From Phoronis australis (Eukaryota > Animalia > Phoronida), in NCBI GenBank assembly GCA_002633005.1, contig NMRA01000260.1:1-48926 (forward strand): a stretch of DNA of 48,926 bases. The letters are read 5' to 3'. Below are positions 26,202-38,200 of the stretch, one piece after another. Position 1 is the stretch's first letter. Each line of letters opens with the position of its first letter. The notes under the pieces were generated by a model. That model did no database searches. It saw only the letters and a list, made by a program, of their open reading frames with translations, and had not been told where the DNA came from. A program made the translations under genes and the position numbers.

Positions 26202-29200
26202 CTGAAATTCAACGAATGAAATGACATTTACTATTCGAAACACCACCGGTACATTTTTAGCCTAAATTTTCATAAGTACATGCCCGAATCTCGACACCAG
26301 TGAAAACTTCAAAGAGGAGGATTTCGAAACAAGCTTTACAGAGTTGTTATCATCTCTTTACCGGTCCCAATTTAAGAAATTCTCAGAAATGTGTGTCGCT
26401 TTACACACAATGCGTGCTCTAAACGGATGTCTCGACAGACTACAGACTGAAGTAGTCAATCATTCTCCATTCTCACATATCTGACATACTCAGTTAGAAA
26501 ACATCTCTGAGGGGAACTATAAGACAACAAATAGATCGGAGGTGTTGCAAATGAGAACTGATGTGAAGGCAATGGTTGGAAACAAAAGGACTTGGAAGTT
26601 ACTGAAAGTATATGTCTGCGTTACCTTCATCCCAGAAACTTCTGTGATGTCTTTTAACATTGAAGGTCTTGCAAATTTTGGAATTCAACTAGATCAGCCA
26701 AAATCCCTCAAAAACTGTGCGATAAATATTATAAATATGACTGCTTTGTCCAAGTCAAGTGGAATCACAGAATTAAGCGTAAAACATGAAAAACGTTCAC
26801 AACAAACAAAAGAGTAATAAACAAAGTATTCTGCAGCACCTTTGTCAGTCTATGGGTCTTTGAAACTTACAGACTGAAACGCGGTGGTGGTTGTCATTAA
26901 CAACATTATTGGTGTAGAAGATGATCTGGTAAACAACCCCGGCTATGGTTCCAGGGTCAGAGCATTTGTCGCCGTTAAACGTAAAGTACCATTTGGAACA
27001 GCCAGCGCCGTTGGTTTGCGAACTCTGCGCTTGTCTCAAGGCACCTTGGTAATACACTCGAAGGTAACTCAATGAAGACTGTTTCACATAGTTCACATTC
27101 TGAAAACAGCACGGATTTGTTTTACACCAAACATACATAAGATTAATGATGATCTTCAATAGAAGACCATCATGTCCTTACCAAGTTTTGACAAATAACT
27201 TACGTTGAAACTTTCTGGGCCAAAATTTCGCAAATAAGACTATTAATATTTGAATTCAAGCAATATTTTTAAATATTAAACTTCGAAGCTTTCAAATATC
27301 TTTGATCAGGGCACAAAAATACTCAAAGTCGCGCATCCTTGCATTTTCTATCAATAACCACGGAAAGAATAATCGTTTTGCCCAGTAAAGCCTGAAACAA
27401 TGGCAACAAAACTTCACTTACAACGAAATTTCAGTTACTTCAAATTGTCTCTAGAAAAAACTTTAGCGAAAACTCGTGAAAATTTAAAAGCTGCAACGAA
27501 AAATGTTATAATCAATGATTTAGCAACATGAAAATTCACTTATATGGAATTTTTAATTAACATGAAGCAGAAAGAGCGTTCGTAATTTAAAAACGCATGC
27601 GGGTCAATTTCTGGTTAAAAATGTTTTCCCGAATTTATTTCTAGTACACCTCGAGTTAAATGATTTTGAACAAGACCCTGGTTATCAACTCTGTACTTTT
27701 TATACACCAGGAAGATCACGTGACTTAGCACTATGGTGGGTCGGATTTTCAAGCCGCAATATGCGGAAAATGTCTCAAAGTGACATAGAAAACCCTTGAC
27801 GTCTAACGTTGGAGAGCGGGGAAAAGGCGGAAATTATGAAGACCAGGGCAGCTCAATCCACTCTGGCCCCCAAACTTTTTACTTTGGTGAGAAGGGGGGA
27901 TGGTGTCAGAGACCAACTTTTGACTCTTTTTAATATGCCACTGTGAACTTACGACGAAGCTAATATGTCCGACGTCGTCTGGGTCATTTTTAGCCCACCA
28001 CCACCACTGATGAATATTGTGTTCTGGCAGACGATGAACAACACCGTTTGAAGACATAACTACAACAGAAAAGACTACACGCTCACACCAGTCTAGCGAT
28101 CACAATTCAGCGCCATCTTTGGAAACCATGATAGGTTTGGTGTTTATACAGAAAAATAACGTTCCTACAATTACACATACAAAAATGGAGTTCACTGAGT
28201 ACCTCAACGGAAAATACACCACCTTCGACATGTGTTATGATTGCACTTTAAAAAGATACTAAACCTGGAGTTTGTTACACCGCTGCGTATATTGTTACAC
28301 CGGTGTGTCTATTGTTACACCGGTGTGTATATTGTTACACCGGTGTGTCTATTGTTACACCGGTGTGTATATTGTTACACCGGTGTGTATATTGTTACAC
28401 TGCTGTGTATATTGTTACACCGGTGTGTATATTGTTACACCGGTGTGTATATTGTTACACTGCTGTGTATATTGTTACACCGGTGTGTACATTGTTACAC
28501 CGGTGTGCACATTGTTACACCAGTGTTTATATTGTAACACCACTGTGTATATTGTTACACTGGTGTTTATATTGTTACACCGCTGTGTGTATTTTTACAC
28601 CGCTGTGAATGTTGTTAAACCGCTGTGTATATGGTTACACCGGTGTTTATATTGTTACACCACTGTGTATAGTGTTATACCGGCATCTCTATTGCTACAC
28701 CGGTGACTATATTTTGATAATTTAATGGACTCGTGATATATTTTAGACAACGATTGGAAACTAGATTTGATGATTAATAAAGCATTGCGGTAAAATGGGT
28801 CCAAGACCTCAACATAACTTTAAAACGGATAGAATAGCCCATTGCATGCGACCTCTCTCGGTATCTAGGTTAAACAGACGCCCTACTACCACCAAAGTAC
28901 ACATGCGAACCCTTTTGGCCAAGAGTATATGACACCAACGGAACAAAGTTTTACCAGCGCTAATGTCCAAATCGTAACGTATCTCTTCGACGATCATTCG
29001 ACTTCTGGACTTCCATCCGGTGTAGGCATTCGGTGCAGTCCCGGTGCGTGGTTCCGTGCTCACATGAACAGTTATTGATATGGCACCAGATCCAATATTG
29101 TCGCAAATTCCAGATACTGTAACCATATGTGCGTTAGGATTATAGATAAGGATATCACCATCCACACCACTAATTACTGATATGAGAGCTGCGCAACTAC

Positions 29201-32200
29201 ATCCCACAAAATAGCGCTTTTGCGAAATTTTATAGCCACAGCGCTCATACGGGCGCATCTACTGTCTCGTACAATGACTGGTCCACAAAGCAAGGGCCGC
29301 GGTCCCAGAGTTTTCTCAGGCCAGTAGACATTGTATTGTAAAATAAACTAAAAATATTATAGTCACGTTCTACAATAACATACTGCGCGTTTTTCACTGG
29401 AATTGGTATGGGGACTTGTTGATAACAAAACATTAACTAAGATTAAAAAGAATTCTTTAAAACTGTGAGAGAAATTACAAGTTGATAATTTGATAACCTT
29501 CTCATTAGTTGACACTTTCTGATGCATTCTGAGTGCTGCTGAAGGATTAAGTGTAAACTCAATAACGAGTGTAGGTTGGCCTAATCAGTGCTAAGAATCA
29601 CCGTGACATAATATACATGCCTTACTTTATGCACTTTAGAATAAAAGCTCAATGAATACGTGTTGAATGAAAGGGTAAAAATTCAGCAGAAAAATTCACC
29701 TAATGAACCCATGGTTGCACCAAATGACTTAGAATTGGAACTCAATTGTACATGTACCTGCGAGATTCCTTGAGAAATGCAGGAGAAGTAACTCTTTGGT
29801 AATTATATCACCTTTGCTTTAAAGAAACCTATCTGGTGCATTATATGACCTTTGCCTTAAAGGACCCTATCCGGTGCATTATAAGCCCTTTTAGTACAAT
29901 TATTGCAAAGTCCGCGAAAAGTGTTTATTGTTGTGAGTCACAGTAGACTAACTGTTGACATACCAAAATACACACTGCAGGTGTTCCATAAAAAGTTGAA
30001 AGACGCTCACTAAGGTACATGCTCTTCTAAATCTAATTAGTCTGCTACAGGGTCGCTTTCTGTGATGCTAATCATTTGCACCATGGTTCCGGAAAGGAAT
30101 CTTGAGTTAAAGAACAAACATAAAGTTATCCCTCCAATAAATCATTTTCCGGCCTATCCGATCAATCTTTTCAGGTGTCTCCGTTCTACTAGTATTCGGT
30201 AGCTTACACTCGAAACACTCATTCTTAAGTTGGACAATATTGCGTATATCGCAATTATTGGCATCACACTAGTATCACAGATCACAAACCACGTGACAGC
30301 CGACATACTAGCATTAGTTTCGTTATTCGACATGTGACATCACAGACCACGTGACACTGACATACCGGCATTAGTTCCGTCGTAGGACGTGTCCAATGGT
30401 GGGTCATTTAGGTGAGCCAATAAACCATCAATAGCTCCAGGCGAAGAGCAGTCGTTTCCATTAAACTTGATTTTGTACCGAATACTGCCATGTCCAGCTA
30501 GACGTGTGTTGGCGATGAAGATCACGTGAATGGACGTGCTTGGGTCTCGCTTGTAATAGTTAAATGTCTACAACCGAATGAAAGAAACTAAAATGAGAAA
30601 TTTCAATTTCGCAGTGCTGTATTAGTTGCGTAGTCTGGAAAATTCGAATTAAAGCTACAAATTATTTCAATTGCGAATCATTATTTCAAGGTACATATCA
30701 GGAATGACAAGCTTTATTCAACGCGCACAATTGCTTTATAAACGCGTAGTATTACTTATGCAACGTTCAGAATTGGTTATTCAACGCGTACTTTTAATCA
30801 GTTCGGCTATGTTTCGTCTGGGTTGTGGCGGTGGACACAAACTGAGCCACAACACCATGTTCGGCTGGTCTGTTCTCTCAGCTTGTCCGGAACCTGCTTT
30901 GCCAGGTTGTTGTAGCACCGACAGTTGACTGTTTGGTGTATCCACTTGGTATTTTACATGATATTTGCCCATTCGGTAGTTTGCACCTACTTGTTATTAT
31001 TGAATTTGCCGTAATGCTCGACCCACTTGGTACGCAATCTGCCAATACTCATTTGGTACTATAGTAATATATGCTACTTAGAATGGGATACTCAATTACA
31101 CATTGGGCATCTAGAAATATATCTTTTTCAGTGAGGCAGAAATCTTTTCCGACTTAAATTCATTAGGTCACGTGATGCGACCAAAAAGAAGGCGTGCTGG
31201 CAGGACAAAATGTTTGCAACATTAGGTATCGTAAATGTGTGCATTATCTCTTGTAATTAAGGTACCCATCTGGTACTATCTTCCATGAAATAAATATTTG
31301 TATATCTGTTACCATAAAATTCCCAATACAACATAAAATATATATCATTTTGTATTGTTTTATTTGTCCTCAATAATGGGAAATACGGCTCTCGAACATA
31401 AATCGTATTATTTGGGCAAATACTATTCTACAGCCCTTCAAGCTTCATATCCAACTTCTAGTCGGTTCCTATCTAGTTCGGTGGTAGCGCTGATTGTTCT
31501 TTGTTCCAGCTTCCGGTTGGCCCAGCCTCAGGCAACCGTAACTCAGCTTGTCTGGAACCTGCATCGGCGGATTGAAAAAGCCTAGTTGGCCGTTTGGTGT
31601 ACCCACTTGGTACTTTATATGAGATTTTCCCATTTGGCAGTTTGTAGCCATTTGGTAGGCCTACTTGTTATTGAATTTGCTGTTTTGCTAGACCCACTTG
31701 CTAGGCAATGGTCCACTTTCCGTTTGGTATTATATACCCATTTGGTACTATGCTAACCTGTACCACTTAGTATCCGATACTCAATTACACCTTGGGTATC
31801 GCAAATATGTGTTGTGTGTTTTATCCCTTGTAATTAAGGTACCCGTCAGGTACTTTATGTGAAATAGCTATTTATAGACCTGTGACACATAAATTTCCAA
31901 TGCAACCTAAAATGCATATTAATCTTGTGTTGTTTCATTCGTCCCCAATAAGCACACTTTAACGCGCGTAAGGACACTAGTCTAAAAACCATTTCGTGCT
32001 TCATATACACAAGTCGGAGACTCGCACAAAATCTGCGTGATAACGAGTGATGGCTTAGCACAAGCGACCCCCCTCCGAGCATTATTAAGAAAAAAACGGT
32101 CATCACAGCTATCACAAATTATTTTTGGTTCCCTTTCGCGGCATCCCATAATAATCACGTGGTTTGATACGACTTATACGAAAGACCTTCCTATTCTGTG

Positions 32201-35200
32201 GAATGACAATGTTGGTACTTCAAGGATAAAAACCAAAATATATCAGAGGCTACCCTTTGCTAAACGGACGTAAACATCAGATTGAAAAAAGACGCGTAGT
32301 CACCAATCAAACAAATATGTACTTTTAATTAAATTCAGTCAATCATGGTTCACTCGACTGATTTCAACAAATACGAAAATAAGTCTTCACATACACACAT
32401 GGGACATGATAAAAATAAAATTCTGTATTAATTCCCCAGACAAAATTTAAAATAAATGGACGCAAGCCTTACATAGAGCAGCGCGTTGTCCTCGCCTTTT
32501 ACACCTGTCCATGAATACTGCCTGATGTTAAATCTCGACAATCCGGGGCACGTACCTAAAAGAATTACGTGTAAAAGATCTTGTTCACGATTATTTCCTC
32601 CTGTCGTAAATAGGTATTCGTTGCACTATAAATCACGCCTGTTCTTGTTCACCTACATGTACTACGTCTTAAATGCAACGCGAATGACCAAATTTTAGGT
32701 TGAGGCGAGCAACGTAAATTAGAAAAATATATTGTTGAAAGCACAAGGTCAAGGTCAACGAAATATGGAGCGAAGATTACTATATATTGTTCAAAAATTA
32801 CTCGTTAAAAATTCACGGGTAAAGTATACGAATTTCATAATCTGTCCGGCATCAGCAGAAAATCTGTTAATTTCAATCGTACAGTGTACGTATCAATTTA
32901 TGTTGTTTAGTGGCAATTTCAAAAAAGTTACCATGCCGGGTGTTATGCTCTGTAGGTGAAATTCAAAAACCCTTGAACTTCATCATTCGCTAAATTTTGT
33001 TCATTTTGAAAAAAAGTAGGATATACAGATTTTTCGTGTAAATTGGGATTGGGATTTCAATTTGTAATATGACTGTTTGCATGAAAATGAAGCAGACACT
33101 GGTTGGCCTCGGAAACAATGACTTGCAAAAGTTGAAATAACATGCTTACCACATTTTCTAAATTTTTTTTGAAGTTTACAATGTATCAAGTGCATTATTA
33201 TAATCATTGGGGCGAAAATTTGTTAACAGTCTCACACTTCTTGTTTAAAAACCTCAACATAATGATTTTTCACTACGGCAAAATTGAAAAATATAATTCA
33301 ATTTCAAAAGTGAAGAGTTATAAGTTATTTCACGCGGTCTGGTACAGGCGATGTATCAGACGCGCGCAGACGCCAAGGTGGGACCATGGCATTTCACTGA
33401 TCACCTGGAACCATTTTTATGGGAAGTTAGATGATACGAATAATTTCAAACTATAAGGAATATGACCATAGTGCTCAAACAAAATTTCCCCATGTCCTTG
33501 AATTTACAAGTGTAATTGACCGTTCTAAATCCAAGTGCAGTTTAATTTGTTACTCACATCCTTCGTTAACGAAAGTCAAAATTTAAATACTTTCTCTTTT
33601 CGCGTTTCTGTTCTCCGATCCTGCTGTAGTGGAGGAAAGAGTGCATCACACTTCACCTACTACCTGAGGGTATTTGAAGACTAAGACACGGGCCCCAGAT
33701 TTAATGAGGCAAGGGTGCTCCAGTCAAATATTTGAAAAAGTAACATTAGTTTATGAGTACGTTGAACAATTGATTTACATGGTAAATGCTGTTGTGTAGA
33801 AACATATACATGTATTTGCCACAATTTCACATTACGGGCCGGCAAAATGGTAAACGAAAAAACTCCATTCGTGTCAGGCTTGTGAAAATTCGTGTTTTAA
33901 TGACTAATAAACCATTGATTCAGTTATACCTGGGCACTGGCCCCACATCCCATCGGCGTCGTAACTGGCGGTGGTGGCACACCACAACTGGTTATGGCTG
34001 TCGTCAGTGCACGAGGAATATGATTTGCCGTTGTAGACGAATGGGAGGACACAGGGATCACCACCGGCATTTCCCCCATAGGTCCATAGATTGGTGTCTG
34101 AATAAAAGGAAAATTGAAATGTCATGTGCCTAATTTATAAGAGCAAAGGTAAATTAAAGCGTAACACTCCTTCTACTCACAGCTGTGACATAAGCATGCC
34201 ATTTGCGAAGTTGCATCTGATCAGGGTAATCAGCAGTTAAAAGTCGGTAGGTTGAAAATATAAGGTCGTGTGCCATAAATATCACGACCACATTGCACAC
34301 CACATTAAGTCATGGGCGACGCAGCACTGAAAAAGGGGGTTATATCCCCCAGCCCCCTATGATGCGCCATTCATGCAAATATAAACACGCACATCCACAT
34401 TACGACTGCATCAAGCATGAAACTCTAACCCTGTAATGCCAACTACCGCACGTGACCGGTTAGAGATTGCGTTCGCGAGACTCATAACCGTGAGAGTTGC
34501 TCTGAGAATTTCCGGCTGCCAGCTGGACTGAGTTTCAATAGACAGTAGTACATGTACTTATCAAATCAAGAATAATTTCATTGCTTCATTTTCATTTTGT
34601 CATTATTGCTTTCCAAGCGAGACTTGATGTATGGTTCCATACAATCAGCGATTTCTCGACAATATTAGTTAACAAACCCGAAGACACTGGTCATTCTTTA
34701 TAAGCACCGATTTGTTGCAATGGGTAGTGTCGAAATAAATATTGATTAAGTAATTAAAATGAATAGATCCATTTTAAGTTACCCACAGTTTGTGCATATG
34801 TACTTTTAAATCATGGAAACAAACTTATTGACATGTACTTTAACGTCAAAATCTATTTTTAAATGGTGTTTACCAATTTGGGTTCTTGGGTCAAAGTACT
34901 CTAGAGATTTTAGAAAATTCTGAGAACAAACTGTAACAGCCAGTGATATGATTGGATATAATCATGTGGATTTTATTAACCAATCACTAAAAAAGTAGAA
35001 TATTATAATATGGGCATAAGTCAATAAGATATTGAGATAACCTATAGTGGTTGAAGCATAAAGACTTGCTACAGTGTACAGAGGAAATTGTACGACAGAG
35101 CCATCTCGTGGAAGATTCTAGAATGGATCTCGGCAAGGGCAAGGGTTTACGAACAGGGAATAAACTAAGAGCTTGTCACTTGCATCGTGAGTAGTAACAT

Positions 35201-38200
35201 ACTACCTGAAGTGTTGTGTCACCAGCCAGAGACTGTGACCAGCAAGAAGAATCGCAGGTAGAAGAAATTGCCTGCAAGTGTTGCATCACCAGTGACGGTG
35301 ACCAGCAAGTACACTGTCGCTATACAGTGTGTGTAGTTCGAAGATTCACCAACAGGACAGTCATCCAACAAGTAGAGAGTCCTAGCTTCGATAGCAGATA
35401 AGACATTTGATTATTTTGGTTGGTTGATTGAAGTAATCTTTAAAGAGGGCGCTAGTGTAGATACTTTTCTTTGTAGATGATTCCTTAATTAAGAACAGGT
35501 TTCATATGTCTAATGAGGGGTGATCATATAATAAATTAATTACTGGATTTGATTATTCACTTTCCATCTACGCACAATCTCAAAGCATAGTTACCTTTTA
35601 AACAAACCCACCGTCAATCGTCTGACAGATAGATACCGAGAGTAGTTTGGCCTCTTATATCTTTTCAGCTCCAGTCGTACAACCACTTTCGACCATTCTA
35701 CATACCGAGAATTTTTAAACAAGATATTTTTGGGTGTTTAAATCATTTAGCAGTATTTTACAAAAATAAGTTGAATTAGGCCCAAATTAAAAGTCCGGCC
35801 CTAAAAACAGGTGTATTTACGTAACTTTCGAAAATTTGTTGGTAATTGCTAAGCTAAGTATGCATATTTGTGCATGTGTGCCTGTGCGCGTGTGTACATG
35901 TGTGCGTGTCGTGTGTGTGTTTGTGTGCATGTTGTTTTCAAATTTATCATTAATTTATTTGTGCCATATTTACCTTTGCCAGACGCCGTTTTTCGATAAT
36001 GAGGCTATTCGGAAAGTTTACATTAACTAGAGGGCGCGCGTGTTCTAGTGGTGATAGATTAAGCAACCTCGATTTCGCGAGCCCATTAAATACATGGTGA
36101 AATGGCTTGCAGCAGTACCAACTGAATTTGAGATTGCGTGAAAAGGGTGCTTGTATGAGAGGAAGTAACAAAGGTTAAGTTTGTGATTATTTTAACGATT
36201 ATTCCATGTTTATTCTATTGATGCCTGTTAACTGAGGTATTCGCCGATGTCGACTATTGCTTGGAAAGATTTCTTACCGGTTTATCAGTGACAGTTACAT
36301 CAATCAATGCTGAATGTTTATGCTGTCAACTCGATATTGGTTAGTGAGTAAGATTACAATCCAAGCCCAATGGCAAAGGGTACGTGACAAATATCTAGCA
36401 GACTATTTGTTTACTCCCTATACTATGTCTTACGGAAACCTAGTACACGCTGAAATGGAAATCTATCATGTCTGTTTCCCCGTGACCTTTGGTTTTCAGG
36501 TTTGAGGGCTTGTGCGTGCAGAGAAGATATGTATGGCTTCTGCAAAGTCCCTGAATGGACAAAAATGGTTTTAGGCATTTGACTGCAGCTAACCAGCATG
36601 ATCTTCCCATCCAGTGCAGATCTGTTGTCAAAGCCTACTTTCTATATCGGAGACAACGAACAAAGCCTTTGAAAAGAAAAGCTATTTTTAAAGAAAGACA
36701 CGTATGTCGTTTTGTTAATATACTTATTCAGGTCCTCTGCGGGGGATTGGAATAGGGGGTTGTGGATTGTAAAATTTGGTGCAACTGGATGTGTGGAAAT
36801 AACAGGTCATAGTGTCTGAGGGAAAGAGCATGGTGAGGTAATTCTTAACCTTCATGAAGTTCCTTCAAGTTTATTTCATGAAACTGTTTTGCTATCATTT
36901 GTGAACCAAAAAATATATTACATTTTCTGAATTCTCAGTGACTGGATAGTCTTAACTCATGCCCTGGAATGTTGCAAGTCGTTTATAAATTCAAATGACT
37001 GCCTTTTCTTGTGAAAATTGCTTTTTGGTTGTTCCTTACGCTTTCTTATTACTCTTATACAACAGAAATATTATCGGTCATTTTTTAAATGACCTAAATC
37101 TTTAAATCTTCTATTAGACGAAAAATAAAACGTCTGAGAAACGGTTCCCTCAGCCTTAGACTGGAAGTATGCTTGATAGACCCATGAAATTGCTGAAAAT
37201 ATCAAAAATAAAAGTGCTTGAAAATGGGTAACAAAGGTTTGAAGTTGTTTCAAATAACTTGCTTATTTTGACAAGTGATGCGTTTAAAAAGGGTTATGGG
37301 TACAAATGAAAAATAAAGACGCAGTTTTATGCACTACTTATTATATACACCCTTGCTTTCTGAAAGTAGTAATTATTTAATTTTGTGTGAAATTGTAGAG
37401 CAGTCACCATATCATATTTTTGAAAAACAGGGGTAGCATTTTTTGTCCCAACCTGGAGTACTTAATTATTCATATTTCAATATTTGTTCCAGTTTCAGTG
37501 ACATTTTAAGGCCACTCCAAGCCGCAATATAGATAAGCTTTNNNNNNNNNNNNNNNNNNNNNNNNNNNNNNNNNNNNNNNNNNNNNNNNNNNNNNNNNNN
37601 NNNNNNNNNNNNNNNNNNNNNNNNNNNNNNNNNNNNNNNNNNNNNNNNNNNNNNNNNNNNNNNNNNNNNNNNNNNNNNNNNNNNNNNNNNNNNNNNNNNN
37701 NNNNNNNNNNNNNNNNNNNNNNNNNNNNNNNNNNNNNNNNNNNNNNNNNNNNNNNNNNNNNNNNNNNNNNNNNNNNNNNNNNNNNNNNNNNNNNNNNNNN
37801 NNNNNNNNNNNNNNNNNNNNNNNNNNNNNNNNNNNNNNNNNNNNNNNNNNNNNNNNNNNNNNNNNNNNNNNNNNNNNNNNNNNNNNNNNNNNNNNNNNNN
37901 NNNNNNNNNNNNNNNNNNNNNNNNNNNNNNNNNNNNNNNNNNNNNNNNNNNNNNNNNNNNNNNNNNNNNNNNNNNNNNNNNNNNNNNNNNNNNNNNNNNN
38001 NNNNNNNNNNNNNNNNNNNNNNNNNNNNNNNNNNNNNNNNNNNNNNNNNNNNNNNNNNNNNNNNNNNNNNNNNNNNNNNNNNNNNNNNNNNNNNNNGATA
38101 TCTTAATTCAGTGAAATTTTTCTCTCATGTCCTCTTACTTGTAAATCACCGATCTCCAGTTTGAATGCGGGTATCGTGTCGTCAGGATCTTTGACTTGAG

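Noticed and set aside
28241-28706. Cys/Tyr/His-rich repetitive ORFs
   Set aside because: Three-frame read-through of the 20-bp minisatellite on the strand opposite the host gene.
29117-29433. Upstream extension of ORF 28809-29258 and ORF 29245-29433 as coding sequence
   Set aside because: Would need a frameshift; the acceptor at 29117-29118 is in the homologous position and correct phase, so this is intron.
33558-33625. Minus-strand segment with a good acceptor and gtgagt donor between FN2 and the next exon
   Set aside because: Stop codons in all three frames.
37535-38102. Gap flanked by AAGCTT and GATATC restriction sites
   Set aside because: AAGCTT is also present in the uninterrupted twin at 45467, so this is likely coincidence.
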